Positions 34,961 through 44,619 of a stretch of DNA of 60,036 nucleotides are shown here, one piece after another; position 1 is the first letter of the stretch; every line of letters begins with the position of its first letter. Location: positions 1-60,036 of the forward strand of contig JAHIKI010000049.1 in NCBI GenBank assembly GCA_018897435.1, in the 5' to 3' direction. Under the pieces are notes generated by a model that saw nothing but the letters and a program-made list of their open reading frames with translations, made no database searches and had not been told where the DNA came from. Both the position numbers and the translations under genes were made by a program. This DNA comes from Acidobacteriota bacterium. GTDB taxonomy: Bacteria > Acidobacteriota > Aminicenantia > UBA2199.

Positions 34961-35519
34961 CTTTTTCCATCTCCTGTTTCAGTATTTCCTTGGCTTTGAA
35001 TATGCGGTTCTTGACGGTGCCGACCGGCAGGGAGGTGATCGCGGCGATCTCATCGTACTTGAGGTCTTGGATATAGCGCAGCAGGATCAATTCCCTGAAT
35101 TTCAGGGGGATCTGGTCCACGACCCGCCAGACGTAGTCCCTGGTCTCTTCCCGGGCCAGGTTCTTGAAGCCGTCTTCCCTGCTGACGTTTTCCGAAGCAA
35201 AGAGGTCGCGGGGCGAAATGCTGTCGTCGTCGAGCGAATCGACCTGGGACTGGTTCTTGCGGATATGGTCTATGACCAGGTTGTAGCAGATGCGGTAGGC
35301 CCAGGTAGAAAACTTGTACTCGAAATTATATTTGTCCATTACGGTATAGATCTTGAAGAAAAAATCCTGGGTCAGGTCCACGGCCACGTCTTCATTGCGC
35401 ACCATGCGGATCACGAAACTGAAAATTTTTTTTTCGTACTTGCGCATCAATTCCTCGTAGGCACTCCTTTCGCCTCGCAGCGTTTTTTTGATCAGTACCT
35501 GATCTTCATCCAGTATCAT
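34944..35519 (-). CDS. ECF-type RNA polymerase sigma-70 factor
   Basis: 191 aa with region 2 (DLTQDFFFKIY, FSTWAYRICYNLVIDHIRK) and region 4 (EIAAITSLPVGTVKNRIFKAKE). Confidence 0.9.
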   Translation of the reverse strand: MILDEDQVLIKKTLRGERSAYEELMRKYEKKIFSFVIRMVRNEDVAVDLTQDFFFKIYTVMDKYNFEYKFSTWAYRICYNLVIDHIRKNQSQVDSLDDDSISPRDLFASENVSREDGFKNLAREETRDYVWRVVDQIPLKFRELILLRYIQDLKYDEIAAITSLPVGTVKNRIFKAKEILKQEMEKDGMLV

Positions 35520-35553
35520 TTACGTATATTCTTTCGGAAAGTTTTCATGGTGA

Positions 35554-36156
35554 TCACTCTTCGATGATCTCTACGTCAACGGGAAGGGCAAGATCGAATT
35601 CGCCCGGGTTGAGAGTGATGCGGTTGCGGTAATTACTGAATAGATAGACGGTGGTGACTTCGTTTACCGCTGTCTGCTCCACCCGTTCCGGCAGGTAGTC
35701 GGTTCCGACCTTGATTTTCAGCTCTTGAACACCGCCTTCCCCGTCCAGGCGCAGCCGGATGGTACGCTGCTGCGCGTCCCAGCTGCTGGCATTGCCCGGC
35801 CGGTCGGAGAAAAGCAGTTCCCAGATCAACTGCTCGCTGCGCGCCCCGATGCGGCCCCTCATGAGCTGATTGTTTTCCCTGTCATAGAAGTTGTAATTGC
35901 CGTCTTTAAGGATAAATATCTTGGCTTCGGGGTTCAGGTATTGCCATTTCACGCGGGAACGGTCAGCGAAAATGATAATGCCGCTTTCTTCGAGGATTTT
36001 TTCCTCATCGATGAAAACCTGTTGGATGAAATCGGTTTTAAATGGCTGGCTATGGAGGATCTTATCACGCACCCGCTGCAGGAAATCGTCAGCGGCCGAC
36101 GCCTGCAGCAGCGAAGCCAGCAGCCAAAAAGCAATGAACGTGCCGCGTTGTTTCAT
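35554..36156 (-). CDS. LolA-like outer-membrane lipoprotein carrier protein
   Basis: 200 aa with a signal peptide, F.Q motif (FKTDFIQQVF) and the LolA size and fold class. Confidence 0.65.
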   Translation of the reverse strand: MKQRGTFIAFWLLASLLQASAADDFLQRVRDKILHSQPFKTDFIQQVFIDEEKILEESGIIIFADRSRVKWQYLNPEAKIFILKDGNYNFYDRENNQLMRGRIGARSEQLIWELLFSDRPGNASSWDAQQRTIRLRLDGEGGVQELKIKVGTDYLPERVEQTAVNEVTTVYLFSNYRNRITLNPGEFDLALPVDVEIIEE

Positions 36157-36186
36157 TTTTTAAGAGAGGGCACCGGGCCTCACGCC

Positions 36187-37095
36187 TCAGGACGCGGCGC
36201 TAAGCACACCCAGGGCCAGGGAATGGAATTTGTCGGTGTCGCTTTCATTGCGCGATGGGATCAGGATGGGCAATTGGGCGCCCATGACCACATGGGCCAC
36301 TGTAAGTTTCAGGTAGTAGGTGAAGGCCTTGCCCAGCAGGTTACCGGATTCGATGTTGGGAACGATCATGATCTGCGTGTGCCCGGCCACGTCGTTGACG
36401 ACTCCCTTGTGTTCGGCTGCCTGCGGGGAAACGGCGATGTCCAGGGCCAGCGGGCCGTAGACCCGGCAGCCGCCAATCTCGCCACGCTGGTTCATCTCGG
36501 TCAGGGCGCGGGCATCGAGGGTGGCCGGCATGGAATCCTTGACCGTTTCGATGGCGGCCATGACCCCCACCTTGGGCTCGGCGTATCCCAGGCAGTGAAA
36601 CACGGCGACCGCATTTTCCAGGATCTGCTTTTTCTGGGACAGGTCGGGCAGGATGTTCAAACCGCCGTCGCTCATGCCCAGCAGACCATCGGCCCCTGAA
36701 GCCGGGTTTTCCACTACCAGGATGTCGGAAAGCAAATTGGGGCCGCGCAGCCCTTTTTCCTTGTCCAGGATCGGCTTCATCAGCGCGGCGGTCGGCAGGA
36801 AACCTTTCAGGATAAGCTGCAGTTTTTTCTCCCGGCCCAGGGCCACGATCCGGGCCACGGCCGCTTCGGCCCCCGGGCAGTCGAAAATTTCGAAATCGGC
36901 GGGACTGGCCCCATGCTGCCGCAGCAGTTCCTTTATTCTGGCTGCGGCGCCGCATAAAATAAAATCGGCCAGGTTTTGCTGTTTGGCCTGGATCACGGAC
37001 AGGATGGTGCTGTCGTCCTCGGGGCAGGGCACACCGGCCGTGATGTTTTTTATGCTCCTGGCCTTACTGACCAATTGCTCAAGATTGGTGATCAT
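36187..37095 (-). CDS. ptb: phosphate butyryl/acyl-transferase (PTA_PTB family)
   Basis: 302 aa, Ptb-like in length and motifs (GMSDGGLN, IVPNIESGN). Adjacent to iorBA. Confidence 0.75.
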   Translation of the reverse strand: MITNLEQLVSKARSIKNITAGVPCPEDDSTILSVIQAKQQNLADFILCGAAARIKELLRQHGASPADFEIFDCPGAEAAVARIVALGREKKLQLILKGFLPTAALMKPILDKEKGLRGPNLLSDILVVENPASGADGLLGMSDGGLNILPDLSQKKQILENAVAVFHCLGYAEPKVGVMAAIETVKDSMPATLDARALTEMNQRGEIGGCRVYGPLALDIAVSPQAAEHKGVVNDVAGHTQIMIVPNIESGNLLGKAFTYYLKLTVAHVVMGAQLPILIPSRNESDTDKFHSLALGVLSAAS

Positions 37096-37128
37096 GACGG
37101 TTCTCCTTGCTTGCCGGATAGGGCATGC

Positions 37129-37707
37129 TCAGGGTTTGAAATTGTAGCCGCATTCGAACGCCTTCAGGTTCAGGTCGATGAAACGGGGCGGCACTTTTTT
37201 GCCGATGACCTCCAGCCAAAGCTTCTTGTCGATCTCCATGCGTGAAGCCAGCAGGCCGATGAGGATGACATTGGACACCTTTTCGTTGCCCAGTTCGACG
37301 GCCAGGCGCGTGGCCGGGATCAGGACCAGCTCGGCAGCGAGTTTTTGTAATTGCTCGACCGTATCGGTGGGATATTTTTCCAGTCCGGCGGCCACGGGCA
37401 GCGGCTGCCATTCGAAATCGTTGACCAGGATGATACCGTTTTCGCTCAAATAATTGATGTTGCGCAGGGCTTCGAGCTTCTCGAAGGCCAGGACGTAATC
37501 GGTCTCCTTCAGTGCCGGCAGGGGGGAAAAGACCTGGTCGCCGTAGCGCACGGTGGAGATCACGTCGCCGCCGCGCTGGCTCATGCCGTGCACCTCGCTC
37601 TTTTTCACTTCAAAGCCGGCCAGAAGCAGCACATCGGACAGCAGGTCGCTGGCGGTCAATATGCCCTGGCCGCCCACGCCGCAGATCAGGATCGATTTGG
37701 TTTTCAT
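37129..37707 (-). CDS. iorB: indolepyruvate:ferredoxin oxidoreductase subunit beta
   Basis: 192 aa with GVGGQGILTASD and GMSQRGGDV (2-oxoacid:Fd oxidoreductase gamma-like domain). It overlaps iorA. Confidence 0.85.
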   Translation of the reverse strand: MKTKSILICGVGGQGILTASDLLSDVLLLAGFEVKKSEVHGMSQRGGDVISTVRYGDQVFSPLPALKETDYVLAFEKLEALRNINYLSENGIILVNDFEWQPLPVAAGLEKYPTDTVEQLQKLAAELVLIPATRLAVELGNEKVSNVILIGLLASRMEIDKKLWLEVIGKKVPPRFIDLNLKAFECGYNFKP

Positions 37708-39539
37708 TGTTGGCCTCCCATAAGGAATGATTCCAGGCTGACGGAATTGATGTGCGGGCCCTTGTCATCGGCGAAGGCGATGGCCTTGAAGGCGCAGACC
37801 TGGGCGCAGACGCCGCAGCCGGTGCACAGTGCTTCGTTGATCAGGGACTTGTCGTCGGCGTCACTGCTGATGGCCGGGCAGCCCAAACGCAGGCACACCT
37901 TGCAACTGGTGCATTTTTCTTTGTCCACCAGCATGGACGACCACTTGGCCTTGCGGTAGAGCAGCACGCAGGGGCGGCGGATAACGATCACCGACGGTTC
38001 TTCACGCAGCATCTCTTGTTTGAGCCGTTCGCGGATGGCTTTGACATCGTAGCCGTCCACCTCGTAGGTGTGTTCCAGGCCCAAACCCTCGCGCACCAGC
38101 TTGGCGATATCGATGCGCCTGGCTTCCTGGCCCATCAGGGTCTTGCCCGAACCGGGATTCTCCTGGTGGCCGGTCATGGCCGTTATGGAATTGTCCAGTA
38201 TGACCACGGTGGATTTGCCCTGGTTGTAGATGACGTCGACCAGGCCGGTGATGCCGGAATGGAAGAAGGTGGAATCGCCGATCACTGCCACCTGCTTGAT
38301 GGTCTTGCCGGCCTTTTCCAGTGCTTTTTCGATGCCTAGCAGAACCGTGATGCTGGCCCCCATGTCTACGCAGGTATCCATGGCGCTTAAAGGGCGCAGC
38401 GCGCCCAGGGTGTAGCAGCCGATGTCGCCGCGCGACTGGACCTTCAGCACGCCCAGGTTGTAGAAAAAAGCCGTGTGCGGACAGCCGGCGCAAAGTGAAG
38501 GCGGCCGTCCGGGAACCTTGGCGCCGTCATGGCGCGGCGTCATGTCCTTCAGGCCCAGGCTGGCCCGAATCGTGTCCTGCGACATTTCTCCTAAAAGAGG
38601 AAAAACGTCCTTGCCGATGATCTCTTTTTGCGGAGTCGTCCCCTCGGCGGGGATCTTCAGGGCCAAGCGGGCGAAAGTTTCGATGATGGGATCGTTTTCC
38701 TCGAGTACGTATATCTTATCAACCAGGTCGGCAAAACGCCGGAACAGGTTGATCGGGAAAGGATAGGGCAGGGCCAGCTTCAAAAACCAGGCATCGGGAA
38801 AGACCTCACGGCCGTATTGGTAGGAGACTCCCGAGGCCAGCACGCCGATCCTCTCCTTGCCTTTGCTGATGATGTTGTGGCTAAAACTGTCGCTGAAAAG
38901 GGCCAGTTTTTTCAGGCGTTCCTCGACTGCCACGTGGCGCTTGCGAGCGTTGCCCGGCAGCAGGTTGCGCTTGAGAAAATCGCTCTTGTATTCTGGTTCG
39001 GGCGGGGTTTGCCGTTCGCCCAGTTCCACGGCCGAGCGTGAATGGCAAGTGCGGGTGGTCATGCGGATCAGCACCGGCGTGTCGAATGTTTCGCTGATCT
39101 TAACCGCTTCCAGCACCATGTCCCTGGCTTCCTGGGAATCGGCTGGTTCCAGCACCGGCATTTTGGCGGCCACGGCGTAATGGCGGTTGTCCTGTTCGTT
39201 CTGGGAACTGTGCAGGCCGGGGTCGTCGGCCGAGATAATAACCAGGGCGCCGGTGGCGCCGATGTAACTTGCGGAAAACAGGGGGTCGGCGGCCACGTTC
39301 AGGCCCACGTGCTTCATGGCCACCAAGGCGCGGGCGCCGGTGAAACTGGCTCCTAAAGCCTCTTCCATGGCCGTCTTCTCGTTGGCTCCCCACTGGGCAT
39401 GGATAACGTCCTTGTAACGGATGATGTTTTCCAGGATCTCGGTACTGGGCGTTCCGGGGTATGCCGAAGCGAAGGTGATGCCCGCTTCGTAGGCGCCGCG
39501 GGCGATGGCTTCGTTGCCTGAGAGTAGTTCTTTGGCCAT
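37704..39539 (-). CDS. iorA: indolepyruvate:ferredoxin oxidoreductase subunit alpha
   Basis: 611 aa from MAKELLSGNEAIARGAYEAG. TPP motif GDSTFFHSG and two C-terminal 4Fe-4S CxxCxxCxxxC motifs. AGGAGG RBS. Confidence 0.9.
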   Translation of the reverse strand: MAKELLSGNEAIARGAYEAGITFASAYPGTPSTEILENIIRYKDVIHAQWGANEKTAMEEALGASFTGARALVAMKHVGLNVAADPLFSASYIGATGALVIISADDPGLHSSQNEQDNRHYAVAAKMPVLEPADSQEARDMVLEAVKISETFDTPVLIRMTTRTCHSRSAVELGERQTPPEPEYKSDFLKRNLLPGNARKRHVAVEERLKKLALFSDSFSHNIISKGKERIGVLASGVSYQYGREVFPDAWFLKLALPYPFPINLFRRFADLVDKIYVLEENDPIIETFARLALKIPAEGTTPQKEIIGKDVFPLLGEMSQDTIRASLGLKDMTPRHDGAKVPGRPPSLCAGCPHTAFFYNLGVLKVQSRGDIGCYTLGALRPLSAMDTCVDMGASITVLLGIEKALEKAGKTIKQVAVIGDSTFFHSGITGLVDVIYNQGKSTVVILDNSITAMTGHQENPGSGKTLMGQEARRIDIAKLVREGLGLEHTYEVDGYDVKAIRERLKQEMLREEPSVIVIRRPCVLLYRKAKWSSMLVDKEKCTSCKVCLRLGCPAISSDADDKSLINEALCTGCGVCAQVCAFKAIAFADDKGPHINSVSLESFLMGGQQ

Positions 39540-39610
39540 TGGACCTCCTAGTGATGTTAGAAGGTTAACTTTAAAATATTTTGGCCTTTTAGTCAACCCT
39601 AAAAAAGACA

Positions 39611-39758
39611 CTTGTTGAAGGGTGAATGGGTTGAAGGGTTAAAGAGTTAGGAAAAAGCAATAGTTGAACTTTTTGCCTTAACACGTTAACTCTTGAACCC
39701 TTGAACTCTTCAACATTTCCGTTCTCTACTACGTCGAACCTCGAACATCGAACTTTTG
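39611..39758. repeat. heptad-periodic hairpin element E6 (GTTGAAG/GGGTTAA type)
   Basis: Left arm is GTTGAAG GGTGAAT GGGTTGA AGGGTTA AAGAGTT AGG. Right arm is CCTTAACACGTTAACTCTTGAACCCTTGAACTCTTCAAC. The tail is CGTCGAACCTCGAACATCGAAC. Confidence 0.8.
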
Positions 39759-39766
39759 ATTCTGCC

Positions 39767-39795
39767 TTGATATTTTATTTTCTTTTTGTTATAAA
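39767..39795 (+). promoter_or_regulatory. candidate sigma70 promoter TTGATA-17-TATAAA
   Basis: TTGATA at 39767-39772 and TATAAA at 39790-39795. SD GAGGTG precedes the small zinc-ribbon gene. Confidence 0.45.
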
Positions 39796-39817
39796 CGATT
39801 TCTAAGAGGTGAGCCTG

Positions 39818-40027
39818 ATGAAAAATAATAAAAAATGTCCGAAATGTGACTCCAGTGCCCTCGGCCGCAAGCGCGGTTCCCCGGTGCTCAACAGCTGGAG
39901 CCGAATCTCCGTAAACCTGACCAGCCTCGATGTTTGGGTGACCCGCTTCGTCTGTACCGAATGCGGCTTTATAGAGGAATGGATCGAGAATCCGAACGAC
40001 CTGAAGAGGTTCAAGACCCAGGAGTAG
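39818..40027 (+). CDS. small zinc-ribbon protein
   Basis: 69 aa with CPKC...CTEC pairs, preceded by an SD and a promoter. An alternative GTG start lies at 39809. Confidence 0.5.
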   Translation: MKNNKKCPKCDSSALGRKRGSPVLNSWSRISVNLTSLDVWVTRFVCTECGFIEEWIENPNDLKRFKTQE

Positions 40028-40040
40028 TTCGATATTCCAG

Positions 40041-40183
40041 AACTTAGTGATTAGTAAATAGTGATTAGTGAGTAGTTAAGAAAAGAGATTTAAATTATTA
40101 ATTGCTATAAATATGAATTTTGTTAAGTGTTGTTACCAATTACTAATCACCAATCACTTATTTCGTATCTCGCCAGTTCGCTT
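40041..40183. repeat. heptad-periodic hairpin element E7 (TTAGTGA type)
   Basis: Left arm is TTAGTGA TTAGTAA ATAGTGA TTAGTGA GTAGTTA AGAAAAG. Right arm is TTACCAATTACTAATCACCAATCACTTA. Confidence 0.75.
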
Positions 40184-40203
40184 TCATGATATTATAAGCC
40201 CTA

Positions 40204-42690
40204 ATGTCCTACCTCGAAATCATAGACGCTCACAAGCATAACCTGAAGCACCTGCACCTGCGCCTGCCCAAAAAACAATTGATCGTGATCAGCGGCGTTT
40301 CGGGATCGGGCAAATCCACCCTGGCTTACGACACGATCTTCCAGGAAGGGCAGCGCAAGTACCTGGAGTCACTTTCCGCCTATGCCCGCCAATTCATCAA
40401 GTCCCTGGAGCGGCCCGAAGTCCAATCAATCAAGGGCATCGCCCCCACCATCTCCATCGACCAGAAGCACTCTTCCTTTCACTTCAACTCCACGGTGGGC
40501 ACGATCTCCGAGATCGCCCCCTACCTGCGGCTGCTTTTTGCCAGGCTGGCCGAGGCCCATTGCCCGCAGTGCGGCGACAGAATCAGCCGCTACTCGGTTG
40601 AAAAAATCGGCCAGGCCATTTTTAGCCGGTTTTCAGGAAAGCTGGTCCAACTCTTCAGCCCGGTGGTGCGCGGCCGCCGCGGCCATTACCAGGCATTATT
40701 CGAAAAATACCGCAAGCGCGGCTTCCTCAAAACACTGGTCAACGGCAAGGTGCATTATCTGGACGATGTTCCGCTTCTGGACCGCAATAGCCGCCACCAT
40801 ATCGCGGTGCAGATCGATGCCGTTGATGTCGAGTCCGCCAACCGTGAGCGCGTCGCCGCCAGCGTCACCCTGGCACTGAACGAAGGCAACGGTGAGCTCT
40901 TGGTCCGCTGCCAGGGCCAGGATACGTTTTTTTCCAACCGCCTGCACTGCCCCCGCTGCGATATTTCCTTAAGCGAACCCCAACCCGGGACCTTTTCCAG
41001 CAATTCTCCCGAAGGGGCCTGTCCTGATTGCCTGGGCACCGGCCAGAGCGGCGAAGACCGCTTGTGCCCGGTATGCACCGGGGCCAGCCTGAAGCGCGAA
41101 AGCCTGGCTTTTTATTTTCGCGGCAAAAACATTTATGAATTGGGAGAAATGGAGATCGCCGACCTGCTCGATTTTTTCAAAGCAGTGCGCCTCTCCCTAA
41201 GCGAAAGCGGGGTCGGCCGGCCGCTGCTGCCGCACATCATCCAGCGTTTGCAATCCTTTGTCACCTTGAACCTGGGTTACATTTCACTGAACCGCAGGAT
41301 CAACACCATTTCCGGTGGAGAACTGCAGCGCGCCCGCCTGGTTTCCCAGCTGGGTTTCAGTTTGAGCGGCATCATTTACATTCTGGATGAGCCCTCCATC
41401 GGCATGCACTTTTCCGAACAGCTCAACCTGCTCGGTATCCTGCGTCAACTGCGCGAAAAAGGCAACACCCTGATCGTGGTCGAACATGATGAGGAGACCA
41501 TCCTCGCCGCCGATACCATCGTGGATATCGGCCCCGGGGCCGGTGAGTGGGGCGGTGAGATCATGTATGCCGGCCCCCTGGGCGGTTTTGCTGCCGCTGA
41601 AAACTCCCTGACCTCAGCCTATGTGTACGGCCGCCGTCGCATCGCGCCGTCCCAAATACGTAGAACCGCGGCCGCCGCTTTCCTCAACATCGCCGGAATT
41701 ACCCTGAACAACCTGAAAAACGTTCACTTGAAAATTCCCTTGAACCGCCTGACCGTGGTCAGCGGAGTTTCCGGGTCAGGGAAAAGCTCCCTGATCATCG
41801 ATGCCCTGGTGCCGATCCTGCGCCGGGAATTGGCAGGCCTGCCCCTGGCCGATTCCAGGCTGGCCTGCGGAGCGTTAGCCGACCTAAACGGCATCAAGCG
41901 GGTGCTGATGGTCAACCAGTCGGCCATCGGCAAGAATTCGCGCTCCTGCCCGGCCACATATATCGGCGTCATGGCCATGGTGCGTGACCTTTTCGCCGCC
42001 CTGCCCGAAGCCAGGGTCAGGGGTTATGCCTCGGGACGCTTCAGCTACAACGTGCGCGGCGGCCGCTGCGAGGCCTGCCAGGGTATGGGGGTGCAAAAAC
42101 TGCAGATGAGCTTCCTGCCGCTGCTGGAGATCACCTGCCCGGTCTGCGAAGGACGGCGCTACAATTCCGAAACGTCCCAGGTCAAGTTCAAGGGCAGCTC
42201 CATCGCCGATGTGCTCGACCTGACGGCCAGCGCAGCGTTCGAACTTTTCGCCAATATCCCGCCGCTGGCCCGCAAGATTCGCATCCTGCTCGATGTCGGA
42301 CTGGGCTACCTGCGCTTGGGCCAGAGTTCGCAAACCCTTTCCGGCGGCGAATCGCAGCGCATCAAGCTGACCAAGGAACTGGCCCGCCTGTCGGGTTCTC
42401 CCACTGTTTATGTGCTGGACGAACCCACGGTCGGGCTGCATTTTGATGACGTGCGCAAGCTGATCGATGTGTTCCAGGCCCTGATCGGGCGCGGCCACAC
42501 CGTGGTGGTCATCGAGCACAACCAGGAAATGATCAGGGTGGCCGATCACCTGGTCGACCTGGGGCCGGGGGGCGGCAAGAACGGCGGCAAGATCGTTTAC
42601 CAGGGGGATGTCCAGGGCATTGTCAAGTGCAAGGGGTCAATTACGGGGAAGTATCTGAAGAAAAAGCTAATGAAGCCTGAGCTGTCGTGA
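40204..42690 (+). CDS. uvrA: UvrA-family excinuclease ATPase, short form lacking the insertion domain
   Basis: Two ABC modules (GVSGSGKSTL twice, LSGGELQR and LSGGESQR) and zinc modules CPQC, CPRC..CPDC, CPVC and CEAC..CPVC. It is 828 aa against about 940 for canonical UvrA. Confidence 0.85.
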   Translation: MSYLEIIDAHKHNLKHLHLRLPKKQLIVISGVSGSGKSTLAYDTIFQEGQRKYLESLSAYARQFIKSLERPEVQSIKGIAPTISIDQKHSSFHFNSTVGTISEIAPYLRLLFARLAEAHCPQCGDRISRYSVEKIGQAIFSRFSGKLVQLFSPVVRGRRGHYQALFEKYRKRGFLKTLVNGKVHYLDDVPLLDRNSRHHIAVQIDAVDVESANRERVAASVTLALNEGNGELLVRCQGQDTFFSNRLHCPRCDISLSEPQPGTFSSNSPEGACPDCLGTGQSGEDRLCPVCTGASLKRESLAFYFRGKNIYELGEMEIADLLDFFKAVRLSLSESGVGRPLLPHIIQRLQSFVTLNLGYISLNRRINTISGGELQRARLVSQLGFSLSGIIYILDEPSIGMHFSEQLNLLGILRQLREKGNTLIVVEHDEETILAADTIVDIGPGAGEWGGEIMYAGPLGGFAAAENSLTSAYVYGRRRIAPSQIRRTAAAAFLNIAGITLNNLKNVHLKIPLNRLTVVSGVSGSGKSSLIIDALVPILRRELAGLPLADSRLACGALADLNGIKRVLMVNQSAIGKNSRSCPATYIGVMAMVRDLFAALPEARVRGYASGRFSYNVRGGRCEACQGMGVQKLQMSFLPLLEITCPVCEGRRYNSETSQVKFKGSSIADVLDLTASAAFELFANIPPLARKIRILLDVGLGYLRLGQSSQTLSGGESQRIKLTKELARLSGSPTVYVLDEPTVGLHFDDVRKLIDVFQALIGRGHTVVVIEHNQEMIRVADHLVDLGPGGGKNGGKIVYQGDVQGIVKCKGSITGKYLKKKLMKPELS

Positions 42691-42812
42691 TGAGTAATGA
42701 GTGATAAGTGATGAGAAACTGCATTGGAACGAAATATCCGCAAGATTCTTTTCTTTCTCATAACTCATCACTAAAGATCGCTGAGTTCGTTCACTCATCA
42801 CTCAGCCGAGTC
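42685..42812. repeat. heptad-periodic hairpin element E8 (GTGATGA type)
   Basis: Left arm CGTGATG AGTAATG AGTGATA AGTGATG AGAAAC contains the uvrA stop codon. Right arm is TTCTTTTCTTTCTCATAACTCATCAC. A linker TAAAGATCGCTGAGTTCGT is followed by TCACTCATCAC. Confidence 0.85.
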
Positions 42813-42887
42813 TTCACCTTACCCTGATTTTGTGCTAACATGTTACTTGAATTTCACGCGTGACAACGCATTGCGGAGCGAAATTAT

Positions 42888-43910
42888 ATGTCATTGACCG
42901 AACTCATAGGCAACACCCGCGTCAAGGCGACGCTGACCAGCTACCTGCGCAACGAACGCGTCCCCTCCAGCTTAATCTTCACGGGCTCCGACCCTTACCA
43001 CCAGCTGCTTTTCGCCCTGAATTTCGCCAAAGCCGTCCTCTGCTTGAACAAAATTAACGACGCCTGCGACCGCTGCCGCTACTGCCTGGCCATTGACCGC
43101 GGCTTGTTCCCCGACGTCCAGGTCCTGGAACCGGACGGGCAGTTCTACCGGAAGAACCAGTTGGACGAGCTGATTGCCGGCGCCTGCCAGCGGCCGCTGC
43201 GGGCCGAAAAGAGATTTTTCATCATGAAGGATGCCCAGCGCCTGAATGAAAATTCGGCCAACTCTTTTTTGAAGACACTCGAGGAACCTTTGCCCACGAA
43301 CGTGTTCATCCTGCTCACCGCCAACCTCGCCCAGATCCTGCCCACCATTCAGTCGCGCTGCCAGATCCTGAAATTCCTTCCCCTTTCCAACCAAGAAGTC
43401 AAACTGGAATTGCAAAGTCGGGGAGTGGACCCGGAAAAAGCGCGCCTGCTGGCTTTTTTCAACGCCGACGACATGGAGGACGTGGCCGCCGTGGACTGGC
43501 AGGAGTTGGAAGAAAAGCGTCAGGCCATGCTATCTATCCTTGATTGCCTGATCCGCCAGAGCCAGGTCGAAGACATCTTGCTCGACCTCTACGACCGCAG
43601 CCGCAGCCGCGAAAGCTTCATCGCCTATTTTCGTGAGATGGTCAATTTGATTTCCGTGCTGTTACGGGATATAATGGTGCTGATGGTGGATGCCGAAAAC
43701 GGCACGCTCATCAATTCGGATTACAAGGAAAAGTTAATGGAACTGGCCGCTTTGACGAATATTGAAAAAATATTCTTTCTGATCCGTAAGATGGAATACT
43801 TGCTGCGCGATATCCAACGCAACCTGAACGCCCGGGTGCTTATCCTGGAATTCATCAACAGTTATACCCCTACGGCGGTGTTTCCCCCGCAGGGGGCGCG
43901 CCATGGATAA
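42888..43910 (+). CDS. holB: DNA polymerase III subunit delta'
   Basis: 340 aa with a degenerate Walker A region (SSLIFTGSDP), zinc-module-like CDRCRYC and SRCQILKF (sensor motif SRC). Confidence 0.8.
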   Translation: MSLTELIGNTRVKATLTSYLRNERVPSSLIFTGSDPYHQLLFALNFAKAVLCLNKINDACDRCRYCLAIDRGLFPDVQVLEPDGQFYRKNQLDELIAGACQRPLRAEKRFFIMKDAQRLNENSANSFLKTLEEPLPTNVFILLTANLAQILPTIQSRCQILKFLPLSNQEVKLELQSRGVDPEKARLLAFFNADDMEDVAAVDWQELEEKRQAMLSILDCLIRQSQVEDILLDLYDRSRSRESFIAYFREMVNLISVLLRDIMVLMVDAENGTLINSDYKEKLMELAALTNIEKIFFLIRKMEYLLRDIQRNLNARVLILEFINSYTPTAVFPPQGARHG

Positions 43911-44619
43911 GGTGATCCTGGTCAAGATCGAAAGCCACAAGGACCTGCTGCACTTCCGCACCAGCGAAGCCGATATCAAGCCCGAAGATTGTGTCATCAT
44001 CCAGTCCATCACCGGCGAGGAGCTGGGCAAAGTGGTCAAGCATTTCGGTGAAACCTTCAACTGCACCAAGGGCATCCCTGCCATTCCCGAAATCCTGCGC
44101 AAAGCCGACAACCGGGATATCGAGAATTTTTCCAAGAAGGAACGCGAGGAACGGCGCGCCCATGAATATTGCCAGAACCGCATCAAGGATCGGGAGATCC
44201 CCATCAAGCTCGTGCGTGTGACCTTCTTTACAACTGAGAAAAAGGCCATTTTCTATTTCACCTCGGAAGGGCGCATCGATTTCCGCGACCTGGTCAAGGA
44301 CCTGGCCAGGAAGTTCCGCATGCGCATCGAAATGCGCCAGATCGGCATCCGCGACGAAGCCAAGATGATCGGCGGAGTCGGCATATGCGGCCGCCAACTC
44401 TGCTGCAAGACCTTCCTGAACAACCTGGAGCCCATCACCCTGCAGATGGCCAAAAAACAAAACCTGAACTTGAATCCCGTCAAGATATCGGGAATGTGCG
44501 GCCGCCTGATGTGCTGCCTTTCCTACGAAGAGGACGAAGGCGGCAGGATCGTCATCGAGGACCAGGATGAGCGGGTCGGCTATGACGAGGAAGAGGACCT
44601 GGCTGAAGACAAAAAATGA
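43903..44619 (+). CDS. PSP1 domain protein (RicT/YaaT-like)
   Basis: The PSP1 C-terminal domain signature IRDEAKMIGGVGICGRQLCC...CGRLMCCL is present. It follows holB, as it does in many genomes. Confidence 0.85.
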   Translation: MDKVILVKIESHKDLLHFRTSEADIKPEDCVIIQSITGEELGKVVKHFGETFNCTKGIPAIPEILRKADNRDIENFSKKEREERRAHEYCQNRIKDREIPIKLVRVTFFTTEKKAIFYFTSEGRIDFRDLVKDLARKFRMRIEMRQIGIRDEAKMIGGVGICGRQLCCKTFLNNLEPITLQMAKKQNLNLNPVKISGMCGRLMCCLSYEEDEGGRIVIEDQDERVGYDEEEDLAEDKK

